NCBI RefSeq assembly: GCF_006345805.1
Contig: NW_021824627.1
Span: 1-17,874 of the forward strand
Length of the DNA stretch: 17,874 nt
Direction: 5' to 3'
Source: Octopus sinensis
Lineage: Eukaryota
Below are positions 1-10,379 of the stretch, in pieces (the first letter of the stretch is position 1; each line of letters begins with the position of its first letter). The position numbers and the translations under genes are program-made. Under the pieces are notes generated by a model. The model was not told the origin of the DNA. It did not search any database and saw nothing but the letters and a program-made list of their open reading frames with translations.

Positions 1-314
1 AATATATGTGTATATATTTGTTCTGTGAATATTTATCGAAAATGTATTCAAAATACATATTGGTCAAAATTATACTGATCGAAAAAAAAGCATCGATTGT
101 TGATATAGTGTCGAAGACTAAACGACGAATGAATTTTCATAAAAATTATTTTAGAACGACGAAGAATAAAATCAGTTGTAAATCATGATTCAAAATATAA
201 TTATATTTAACATTGTTACATATATTTGTGCATTTAACCATGTTATATGTTCATATTTAACCAGTATTTATGTACGCACATACACGCAAATGCATAAATT
301 ATAGATAAGATTAA

Positions 315-495
315 GCCAGCGATCAAGCGTCGTTCAAAAATGCTTAGCGGCATTTCTTTCGGATCTCTACGTTGTGATTTCAATTTTGTCTTTCATCCCT
401 TCAAGGTCGATAAAGTATTAGATAAATATTGGGATCGATTTAATCAAATTCCTCCTTCCAATTTGCAGGTCTGGTGGCAGAATTTGAAACAATTA
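315..495 (+). mobile_element. Degraded tRNA-derived SINE (family A)
   Basis: AAAATGCTTAGCGGCATTTC...TACGTTGTGATTTCAA...TTTGTCTTTCATCCCTTCAAGGTCGATAAA...GGGATCGATTTAATC matches the better-preserved copies at 4849, 10850 and 15610 in this window. Confidence 0.7.
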
Positions 496-2078
496 TATAT
501 CGGATCTTTAAAGTCCAAGAAACTACAGCTTCAAGAAGAAATATACACTTTCTGTTTTCATTATCGTATTTATTTGCTAACCGTTAGTATAGAAGATTAC
601 GATATCGTATTTGCATTTATAAGAAAGAAGAGGGAAAGTTATCGTATGAAGGTTTTATTATAACAAAAACCAAAGTACTAATTCCAAAAGCTTTGGGCAC
701 CTTGCCACACACAATGAAAGAAACGTCACAAGATTTATTTTCTTATAATTACATCAATTTTCGCATAAAAACAAACTACCAGCTTCAAAATAAATGGATA
801 ATATTTTAATTAAAGACGCACCAAACAGCATTGAATGAAATATAGTAATGTGAAGTTTTATTTAACACGTCCAAGTACATTCAGAGATGGAAAGGCAATA
901 TTATGTTGCTTGAAAGAAGGAATTCTCCTTATAGACAATATAGCTGTAAACTCAAAATTGGACCATTGATGGTGTCATCGGAGCGTAGAGCGCATGGGTT
1001 TCTGCGTAGTTACACTTCGTCAGCTGCTTATACAGAGCAGTCGTTCGTGTCTATAATCCGTTTGTAACAGTTGAACTTGAAGCTGATAATGTTATAATGG
1101 TGTGTAAATGCAGAGTTAAAAAATCCAGACGTTCAACTGTTTAAAACGACTTTACGTTCTGTCGAAGTTTCTGAATTTTTATGACATTAATAATATACAT
1201 ATATATGTGTGTTTGTAGAAAAGTGTGTGTGTGTGTGTCTGTCTGTCTGTCTCTTTGTCTGTTTGTGCACGCGCGTGTATTCAGGTCAATCGAATTTCCC
1301 ATTTTTGTTCATTTTATTGATATATTTTGGAAATTATACAGTTCCCAAAAGTTAGTCACACTTTTTCTGCAACCAGAAGACAATCTCGAGTCACCAGCAG
1401 GCTTGGCTAAACTGTAATTCACTAATGAGATCCAATAGGTTAAAACATGCACATAATCTTCCTTTGATTGTGTACAAAGATTAACATTTTTATTTCTTCC
1501 TTCGAATTATCTTTAAGAAATTACTTCCTGATTTTTACAAAATTCCGATCGACTGTGTTGAGATTGTATATGTTTCTGTTTATGGCGTATAGGTGGCTCG
1601 ATGTTTGTGGTTGGTGAGTGGACCAGACGTGATGACATATTACGATAGATTATAAATATGCTGCTGGCGGTAGGGTGCCAGTGGAATGGCCTCGAAGTGT
1701 TAATCTAGCAAACAGAAAACAAATATAAAATATATGTAAAACTGCTGAGTGTCAAATATATTCAGGTCATTGGAGAATTAAAGAGACGTGGAGTTAGACA
1801 TTTTAAATGTATTTACGTGTTTATGTTTAAATATTATATCATACGACACAGACTTTCTCATACATACCTACACACACATTCTCACACATACACGTATATA
1901 TTTACATATATATATATATACGCGTATAGACATATATATGTATACATACATACATGCATCTGGTGGCAGAATTGTAACAATTATAAATCGGATTTCTATA
2001 TTATACATCGGATCACACACAATACTATATATATACGTAGGTATTATGCATATCAATGTATACAAATCCGTGTGTGTG

Positions 2079-2229
2079 ATATATATATTATATATATAAT
2101 ATATATATAATATATATATAATATATATATGGTTGTGTGTGTGTGTGTGTGTGTGGTGTATGTATATATTCATGCTACAACATACGTTATACATGTAAAC
2201 GTATACAGTATATTGATATGCAATGATGC

Positions 2230-2262
<33 letters not shown>

Positions 2263-2420
2263 TGTATAATATATATATATATGTATATATGAATATGTAA
2301 GTGTTTGTGTATTTATAAATATATGTATATACGTACATATATATATATGTGTCTATGTACGTATGTATGTACTTGCCTCCAGTACCTATGTGTGTTTTGT
2401 ATATATGTTATGAGTGTGTA

Positions 2421-2466
<46 letters not shown>

Positions 2467-2475
2467 CAGACAGAC

Positions 2476-2563
<88 letters not shown>

Positions 2564-2657
2564 TGTGTGTGAGAGAGAAAGAAAGAGTGTGTTTTTGTGT
2601 TGGTGTTTGTTTGTGTGTGTGTGTGTGTGTGTGAGTGAGAGAGAGAGAGAGAGAGAG
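2079..2657. repeat. Compound microsatellite block: (TA)n, (TG)n, (CT)n, (TAGA)n/(CAGA)n, (GA)n
   Basis: Directly visible; the longest tract is (TAGA)/(CAGA) at about 2420-2562. Confidence 0.95.
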
Positions 2658-3398
2658 CGAAAGAAAGAGACCGAGGATGGGAGAGAGGTTCAATGTATTT
2701 TTACACACAGTTTATAAAGAGAAATTATTTTGTAGGAGGAAATCCCGCAGCGAATGTGAAATTTTGGTACAATATAAGTGATTTTTTAGGAGAATTAATA
2801 AAAATATTGTTATACAAAATCCACAAAGCGTCTGGATGTACATTTCGAAACAGCAGCTTATCAAATACATTTACGATGAAATAAAGATGTATCTATAAAA
2901 TCATCATTCGCACCGTGTACAGCGAGATCTGGAACGAATATTGAGATGCTAGTCGCTGCTGTGTGTCAAAGGGGTAAAACTTCACTCTTATATGACGATA
3001 TTGTGTCCAATACGTTCAACTTATTTGTGTCTAAATGTGCCTAAACATCTGCTATAATAATGCTCTTGTGATTTTCTCCGTCACAACATATCAATGGGAA
3101 AGGAAAGGGTGATAGATAAATATGAAAGGAAGGGGTGATTGCAGACTGGTGAGATAGTGAATATTCAACGCTGAAAAGAAAAATCAAACAGCATTTCAGA
3201 GCTGTGTTACTATATGTGTGTATGTGTGTGCGTGTACAAGGGAAGTATGTGAATGTATGTGAACATTGACAAGTGTATTAATTTGATTCACCATCCATAT
3301 TTATATACAAAATACTACAATTAGCCGTCATTTTTGACGACACCGGGTCAGCAAGTATTGATAATAAATATACAGATTACGCTGTACATGTTGCAAAG

Positions 3399-3647
3399 AA
3401 CGATTTTATATCGACAGGCAGCTATTGGCACTGATAAGCAAGCAATTTGTTCTGTGAAAGTATAAACAAAGACTAGCCAGCTGCTTGGCATGACTCAAAG
3501 ACCCGGAGTACTTCTGGCTGATGAGATATAGCATGTCGAAACACCGGTGTCCTAGAATCCTCTGAGCTAATGAGTCGAATGTGTTCACACATTATCGTCA
3601 TGAAAGAGAACTTTTCTCCTTTGACGTTCGCTACAGTAACTAGCATA
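3399..3647 (+). repeat. 249-bp hammerhead-bearing direct repeat, copy 1 (Penelope pLTR-like or retrozyme-like unit)
   Basis: Ungapped match to 5198-5446 (offset 1799) with 7 substitutions counted by eye (about 97% identity). Confidence 0.95.
3505..3560 (+). ncRNA. Type I hammerhead ribozyme, intact core; predicted cleavage after C3551
   Basis: Stem I TTCTGG (3512-17)/CTAGAA (3552-57), extended by GGA/TCC around a GTAC bulge; CTGATGA 3518-24; stem II GATAT/ATGTC 3525-37; GAAA 3538-41; palindromic stem III ACACCGGTGT 3541-50; GUC triplet 3549-51. Confidence 0.9.
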
Positions 3648-3711
3648 TTTTGCGTCTGAACCTGCCTAGGCATATCAAGAATGAATATAGAAATATTTGT
3701 TCCCATAATAT

Positions 3712-4555
3712 ATTTCATCCTACTTAGCATAATTTATTACTACCCCTCCACAACTAAGCCTCCACTTTTAAAAGCCCTGGAGTTTGTTAAGCACGACTCC
3801 TGTATTGCAGGTAACAACATACAAATGATAACGCAAGCTAGAAAATCGATTCCCTTCTTTAATAATACATGAATATTTAATATAGTATAAACGTTTTACG
3901 TAAGCATGGGAACCTGATTCTCGGTAAAATTTTAAATCTAATAAATGTCTTTTTTTTTTGTATATATATTTTAAGCATCATACACACAACGGGTGGAATA
4001 TACAGTGAATACGGGTATATAACTCCTAAAATATCAATGGGCAACAACCGTAAACATTTAGAAAAGACCTAACCAAACCATTCAACAATTTAAACCTTAA
4101 AATTGCTGAAAATAATAACGTCTATATAACCAATTTCTTAACGAAACATTTAACGCTATTGAATAAAATTGTCAAGCATGCATTTGATTAAATTATTCAG
4201 TATTTAATATAAATCATAATTCTAACCATCCAAAGTATTTCTTTCAGAAAAATACCCACCTATGGAGTTCTGAAAAGTTCGGATTTATCTTATGCCGAAG
4301 ATTCCTTTAATAGCATAGTGCGTCTGCACATATATGCACCAACTAGCGGTTTCGAATAAGACTATTTAATATAACAGGCTTACTGAACTGAATGAGAGGA
4401 AGCGGAAAAGGAAGACCACGTGGTTTAATCATTTTATATTCAGCGAAATTCGGCAGTGAAATTAGAAAAAAATATTCCTTCTCCTTGTAAAACTTTATAT
4501 TCCTTAAGATGTAACTACAGGAAAATTTCCAACACAAATTCATACAAAATGATTT
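3712..4555 (+). pseudogene. Decayed Penelope-like element reverse transcriptase (RT core, thumb and linker) with stops and frameshifts
   Basis: Collinear blocks translated by hand, each with its recalled Penelope counterpart: YYPSTTKPPLLKALEFVK...ITQARKSIPFFNNT (FYPSI..LL.KAL.FAK..HARKSLLF); FYVSMGT (FDVTMGS); GIYSEYG 3995-4015 (GLYRDDG); FRKDLTKPFNNLNLKI...ITNFL; INHNSNHP; SDLSYAEDSFN...SGF; RKRKRKTTWFNH (RKIIWFNPP); YRKISNTNS. Confidence 0.8.
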
Positions 4556-4848
4556 AACACTAAAACGTTTAACACTTTGCTTGTCCTTTATATCGCATGC
4601 CTTGTGATACACAGGACATATTTTCCTGGCGTCCATACATCATATGTGATACACATTCCCGATTATTATGAAAAATTAAGTAACTTGAGACTTATGAAAA
4701 GAAAGCGTTATGTTAATCAGAACGTATGAAATAAGGACTAACTAAACCTCTGAAAATAGGCATGAATATGCTTAGGACAAACTAATGAAAATGCTTTGGA
4801 GAGGCCAAGAGCTAATACACTAATAATCATTATTAATTGTAAAAATAA

Positions 4849-4954
4849 GGCTGCAAGCTGACAGAATCGTTAGCACGCTGGGCAAAATGTTTAGTGGTAT
4901 TTCGCCTGTCGCTACGTTTTGAGTTCAAATTCCGCCGAGGTCGACTTCGCCTTT
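4849..4954 (+). mobile_element. tRNA-derived SINE family A, 5' part (3'-truncated)
   Basis: GGCTGCAAGCTGACAGAATCGTTAGCACGCTGGGC head; B-box-like GAGTTCAAATTCC 4921-33; matches other copies in the window. Confidence 0.85.
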
Positions 4955-5197
4955 TAAGAACCACTGTATGGATTTGAATGAAACTTCTAGGAATGTTTGG
5001 CCTCGTGACTTGTACGAACTGATTAAATTTTGGGATCGATCCGGTACCAGACAAGGATTTTGGTTTATTTTTCCTGTTTTTTTTTTTTACTTAATTTTTG
5101 AGAGCACTTGGGTTCATTTTTAGCATTCTCGTTTGTGAGAGCAGTCAGTTTATTTAAGATATTCTCATTTTAAAAATCATCTCTAGTTAATCACTGA

Positions 5198-5446
5198 AAC
5201 GATTTTATATCAACAGGCAGCTATTGGCACTGATAAGCAAGCAATTTGCTCTGTGAAAGTATAAACAAAGACTAGCCAGCTGCTTGGCATGACTCAAAGA
5301 CCCGGAGTACTTCTGGCTGATGAGATATAGCATGTCGAAACACTGGTGTCCTAGAATCCTCTGTGCTTATGAGTCGAATGTGTTCACACAGTATCGTCAT
5401 GAACGAGAACTTTTCTCCTTTGACGTTCGCTACAGTAACTAGCATA
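5198..5446 (+). repeat. 249-bp hammerhead-bearing direct repeat, copy 2
   Basis: About 97% identical to 3399-3647. Confidence 0.95.
5304..5359 (+). ncRNA. Type I hammerhead ribozyme, intact core; predicted cleavage after C5350
   Basis: Same architecture as 3505-3560: CTGATGA 5317-23, GAAA 5337-40, stem III ACACTGGTGT (one C>T at the tip), GUC 5348-50. Confidence 0.88.
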
Positions 5447-5488
5447 GTTGGTGTTGCCTTGGCGAAGGTTTGTGCTCTCTGAGTGATC

Positions 5489-5621
<133 letters not shown>

Positions 5622-6730
5622 CTATTTACAAGTAATTACTTTCTACATTATTTTCTACTTAATTGATAAAGTTAATTCTATTTCTTGACGCTTAGGAATG
5701 TAGCTTTGGCTTGAGCTTTCAAATTAACGACAACGAGGAATTAATTATTAAAGTTCAAATCAAAGATAACATTTTTTTAACCCCCTTGAGAATACAGAGT
5801 AACATTTCTGAATGTTTCACATAGATATTAGTTTCGCATTAACATTAGCTTTGTTAGTTTCGTATTTAACATTCGATAAAGACAAAGCAAAAATTAAAAT
5901 AAATCTTGCATGCGTACATAATAAATACTTTTGTAGTTTACTTGAGAACATTTTATTTTTCATTATAGAAAAATCCAAAGTAGAAAGTCAACCGATTGTC
6001 GACGTTTAGGCCATGGTTGCTACGAATAAACGAAATTGTTCTAAAACCTTAGAGTTCACCTCCTCTCATGGCATACAACCTTATTTGCATTAACAAATTT
6101 AATTACTTCGCTGCTGGGAACTGTTATTTTAGTTGTTTTTTAGTTGTTTTTAACCAGATTGCAGTTAAATTTCTTCACCTCTGCTGGAACTCAAAATAAA
6201 TTGAGGATTAAATTTGAATTTTATCGATAAGGTTTGATATTTTTGTTTCCATTTTGTTTGATATTTGAAACTAGATTTCTTATTTACTATATATATGTAT
6301 TATGATTTAAGCATTAATCTGCTTTAAAATGTGTATATATTTGATAATGAAATCCACCATTGCAGACATAAAGATACAAATGCAACGGCGTATTAATTTA
6401 ATTAAAACAAAAACAGAAATCAAAAGAAAATGTTGATAAAATGTTGAACATGATTTTCGTATTCCAGGATATGCGCATTAAAAGAAAATTATTTCTACGT
6501 ACATTAAATTAATAGTTGTATCTATTAAACTAAATTACCCATATCATTCACAAATTATAATCTTTGTACACTTTAGCCCAGAATTCTATTCTAGCGACTA
6601 AATATATTAAATAGTTATATTTAACACGTTTGAGTCTGTTCGGACGTGATAAGACCTGTAGCTGCTGAGATAGTCCTGGCAACGAAATCTCCTCCAGGAC
6701 ATATGTGAAAACACATTGTTAGGGCTGTTG

Positions 6731-6794
6731 ATGACGTCATTTCATTGGCGGATGAGTCATTTTCCTCTTTTTTGTTTCTTGCGTTATGACGTAA
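6731..6794. promoter_or_regulatory. Candidate bZIP-site cluster (CRE, CCAAT, AP-1, CRE/CEBP-like hybrid)
   Basis: ATGACGTCAT 6731-40, ATTGG 6744-48, ATGAGTCAT 6752-60, ATGACGTAA 6786-94. Confidence 0.4.
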
Positions 6795-7285
6795 ATAAGT
6801 AGATAAAAGTAAGAGAAAACTTCTTAATGTAGCTTACGGATCAGACTGTCATTACTGGAATACGGAATCGCACCGAAGATGTTATTAAAACATGATTTAT
6901 AAAATAAAATGATTACCAGCAAATAATTTTACAAATAAAGGGAAGTAATCGAATGCATTACACTACTACACTTATTGCTGACTCTTTCTTGTGTCGTCAT
7001 CGTCTTCTTCTTCTTCTTCTTCTTCTTCTCGGAATATTTGAACATCGGACGAGTTACCTTGCACAGTATCTGTTTCCAGTTTAATTGAATTCAATTCCCA
7101 CGTCCTCCTATCGGACCTCCCCCCCCCCAAAAAAAAAACATTGGGTTAATAAAAATCTGCTGAAAAATGGTGATAGATTCGGGGATTCCAAATATTTCAG
7201 CCAATCTCTGCCAATGATGTCAGCACACGCCAAGTGGTAGAAGTAAAGAGACCTTTCAGTTTTGCAACTCAAAACAACTAATTGC

Positions 7286-7540
7286 ATGTATGTATGTATG
7301 TATGTATGTATGTATGTATGTATGTATGTATGTATGTATGTATGTACGTGTGTATGTATGTATGTGTGTATGTATGTATGTATGTATGTATGTATTATGT
7401 ATGTGTGTATGTATGTATGTATGTATGTACGTGTGTATGTATGTACATACGTACGCATGTATATATGTACTTATGTATGTATATTCGCACGTACGTACGT
7501 ACATACGTATGTTTGTACGTATGAATGTATGTATGCATGC
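7286..7540. repeat. (TATG)n degenerate microsatellite
   Basis: Directly visible; explains the MYVC/HTYI ORFs. Confidence 0.97.
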
Positions 7541-7544
7541 ATGT

Positions 7545-8148
7545 AGTTATTGTTCATCAAGATTTGCCAGCAACAGAATATTTTTGCTTGTATGTATGTA
7601 TGTATGTATGTATGTATGTATGTATGTATGTATGTATGTATGTATGTATACGCACGGATATGTATGTTTTGTTTTATGTATGTATTCTCATGCATATATA
7701 GTTACATATATAGACATGCTCATATATATATATTCAAATGATAAAATTCTGGCAAGTTTTACAGATTTTTACAGTTCCATTGATGGATTGGATCCGTAGT
7801 CTTCGAATGAGGTTTTTCTTTTCTGGTTTTGAGAAACCTAATTTCTCAAGATTGTTATTTAGGCAGTGTGTTACATATCACAGGGCTCCAATAATTACAG
7901 ATATAAACCTGAACTTGTAATCTGGATAGAGTAACTGCAGATTTCTCAATGGTTCAGCATAGGTGTTCTCTTTTTCGCTGATCTCCAGCTTTATGTTAAC
8001 ATCCGCTGGGCAGCTAATTTCCACAACTGTACACAGTTTCTCTACTCTATCCCAAATCATTATATCAGGTCTGTTGTGCTTACATTTTATTGAGGTTTTC
8101 ACTGGGACGTTCCAGCTGTACTCTTTTTTATTATGATTGGCTGTAGTT
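7545..8148 (-). mobile_element. 5'-truncated RLE-type non-LTR retrotransposon (R4/Dong-like): endonuclease C-terminus plus 3' UTR
   Basis: Minus-strand translation WNVPVKTSIKCKHNRPDIMIWDRVEKLCTVVEISCP...EKENTY...VIIGAL*YVTHCLNNNLEKLG...GTVKICKT shows the RPD..E..K..Y..GALG restriction-like endonuclease signature. Nonsense TGA at 7878-80 (GGA in the second copy); natural stop about 7734. Confidence 0.85.
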
Positions 8149-8149
8149 A

Positions 8150-8243
8150 TGTGTGTGTGTGTGAGCGTGTGTGTGTATGTGTGTGCGTGTGTGTGTGTGT
8201 GTGTGCGTGTGTGTGTGTGTGAGTGTGTGTGTGTGCGTGTGTG
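8150..8243. repeat. (TG)n microsatellite
   Basis: Directly visible. Confidence 0.97.
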
Positions 8244-8474
8244 AAGAAAATATGAAGTGCAAATTGCACTTCATATTTATGCACCGGTGAAGCTTATAAT
8301 GTGTTATTCAGGCTCTTAACTATGATTCCTCTTCATTTCATACCAGAAACAGCTGTAGGCTAATGAAGTCCCTCTCATTTTCCTTTTACGACTCAGCACC
8401 CGGCTAACGCTTCATTCTCAATCAATGCATATTGAGTTCTACACCAAGTTATTAGTATCACAATGCATAAATGA

Positions 8475-8510
8475 AATATTGGTTTGAAATTTTGACGCAA
8501 GGCCAGCAGT
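8475..8510 (-). mobile_element. SINE family A 3'-tail fragment
   Basis: Reverse complement ACTGCTGGCCTTGCGTCAAAATTTCAAACCAATATT resembles the tails at 10989/11397 and 15620. Confidence 0.55.
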
Positions 8511-8677
8511 CAAAATAGTTCCAGTGATCTTGCAATGCTTGCCACTGGAACCCACTATGGCGACAGAAAGCGTGACAAAAGTGTTGTACAAGCTTCTGTC
8601 ACTTAAATCTTATGACGTACAAGATGTCTCCCTTATGAGACGGCTATCAACTGACAAGAGGAGGTAATCATAGTCAC

Positions 8678-9520
8678 GTATGTGCGTATGTATGTATGTA
8701 TGTATGTATGTATGTATGTATGCATGTATGTGTGTATGTATGTATGCATGTATGTATGTATGTATGTGTGTGTGTTTATGTACGTATGTGTGTGTATGTA
8801 TGTGTGTATGTATATGTATGTATGTATGTACGTATGTGTGTTTACGTATGTATGTATGCATGTGTGTGTATGTATGTATGTATGTGTGCATGTATGTATG
8901 TATATGTGTATGTATGCATGTGTGTGTTTATGTACGTATGTCTGTGTATGTATGTCTGTGTGTATGTATGTGTATGTATGTGTGTATGTATATATGTATG
9001 TGTGTGGGTATGTATGCATGGATGAATGGATGTATGTGTGCGTATGTGTATGCATGTATGTGTATGTATGTATCTATGTATTTATGTGTGTCTATATATG
9101 TATATATGTGTGTATGTATGCATGTGTGTTTACGTATGTATGTATGCATGTGTGTATATGTATGCATGTATGCATGTATGTATGTGTGTATGTATACATG
9201 TATGTATGTATGTATGTATGTATGTATGTATGTATGTATGTATGTATGTATGTATGTATGTATGTATGTGTGTGTGTTTATGTACGTATGTGTGTGTATT
9301 TATGTGTGTATGTATGTGTATGTATGTATGTATATATGTATGTGTGTGGGTATGTATGGATGGATGTATGTGTATGTATGTGTATGTATGTATGTGTATG
9401 TATGTATCTATGTATGTATGTGTGTCTATATATGTATATATGTGTGTATGTATGTATGTATGTATGTATGTATGTATGTATGTACGTGTGTTTACGTATG
9501 TATGTATGCATGTGGGTGTG

Positions 9521-9552
<32 letters not shown>

Positions 9553-9596
9553 TGTATGTATGTATGTATGTATTTATGTATGTATGTATGCGTGTA
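8678..9596. repeat. Long compound (TATG)n/(TG)n array with higher-order duplication
   Basis: About 920 bp; diagnostic interruptions recur at roughly 335-360 bp spacing. Confidence 0.97.
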
Positions 9597-9899
9597 AACT
9601 AGTTCAGCGAAGCTGTCGGCCCGAGGTCATTATCTCTTGACAAGGACGTAAGTTCGAAATAAGCATTGTACCAGTTTTCTGTTTTATAATATAAAAAATA
9701 AATGTAAGTCTATACATGTATCATGTATTGAGTACATCATTTCACAATAGTCAATTTCGATAGAACCAATTTAAATTTCTTCTTTTTCTTATTGTTTAGA
9801 AATTCGGTGATGTTACATCATTTTGATCCTGTTTTTAAGCAGCTTCCTTTTCTAAATAAACATCACGAGATTTTGATTCGCGATAGCGTGATAATGTTC

Positions 9900-10225
9900 C
9901 ATTTTACCGTTGGTGACTCCATTTTAACACTTCCCAGTGTTATAGCATGTTTTCTTACCAATCCTATGAATTCTTGCTGTGTGGGAATCGGCATAGCAAA
10001 GAACAGATCCAACGTTTCTCCTGCATGGCGTAAAAAGGCGACAAAAAGAGGTTGATCTACGATTGTACTCCGATGCCGTAAAACAATGACTACCAACGAT
10101 TACCCAAACGGAACCACTGGTTGGAGGATTGCCACGTGAGTGGCACAAAGGTGTCATCTATCAGAAACAGTTGGGAATCACCAACAAATGGTGGATGCAA
10201 TAATGTACCGTTACAGCACATGCAC

Positions 10226-10289
<64 letters not shown>
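9900..10289 (+). mobile_element. Probable degraded retroposon (SINE- or RTE-related) ending in a (CTA)n tract
   Basis: GC-richer block containing CCTGCATGGCGTAAAAAGGCGACAAAA, which resembles the recalled GTCGTAAGAGGCGACTAA motif of invertebrate retroposons; followed by (CTA)n at 10226-10289. Confidence 0.35.
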
Positions 10290-10320
10290 ATACTTATATA
10301 TAAATATATATATGTATATG

Positions 10321-10352
<32 letters not shown>

Positions 10353-10379
10353 TGTATGTATGTATGTATATATATGTAG

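Noticed and set aside
3399-5446. LTR retrotransposon interpretation of the direct repeats
   Set aside because: No TG...CA termini, PBS, PPT or TSD; the interior is a Penelope relic plus unrelated repeats.
8610-9640. Long ORFs of up to 306 aa ([16 protein letters not shown]), and similar ones at 1788-2708 and 7108-7799
   Set aside because: Translations of TATG/TG/TAGA microsatellites that happen to lack stop codons.
9778-10055. Acceptor-like TTTAG at 9799 followed by an 87-aa ORF
   Set aside because: No recognisable protein, and it overlaps a probable repeat.
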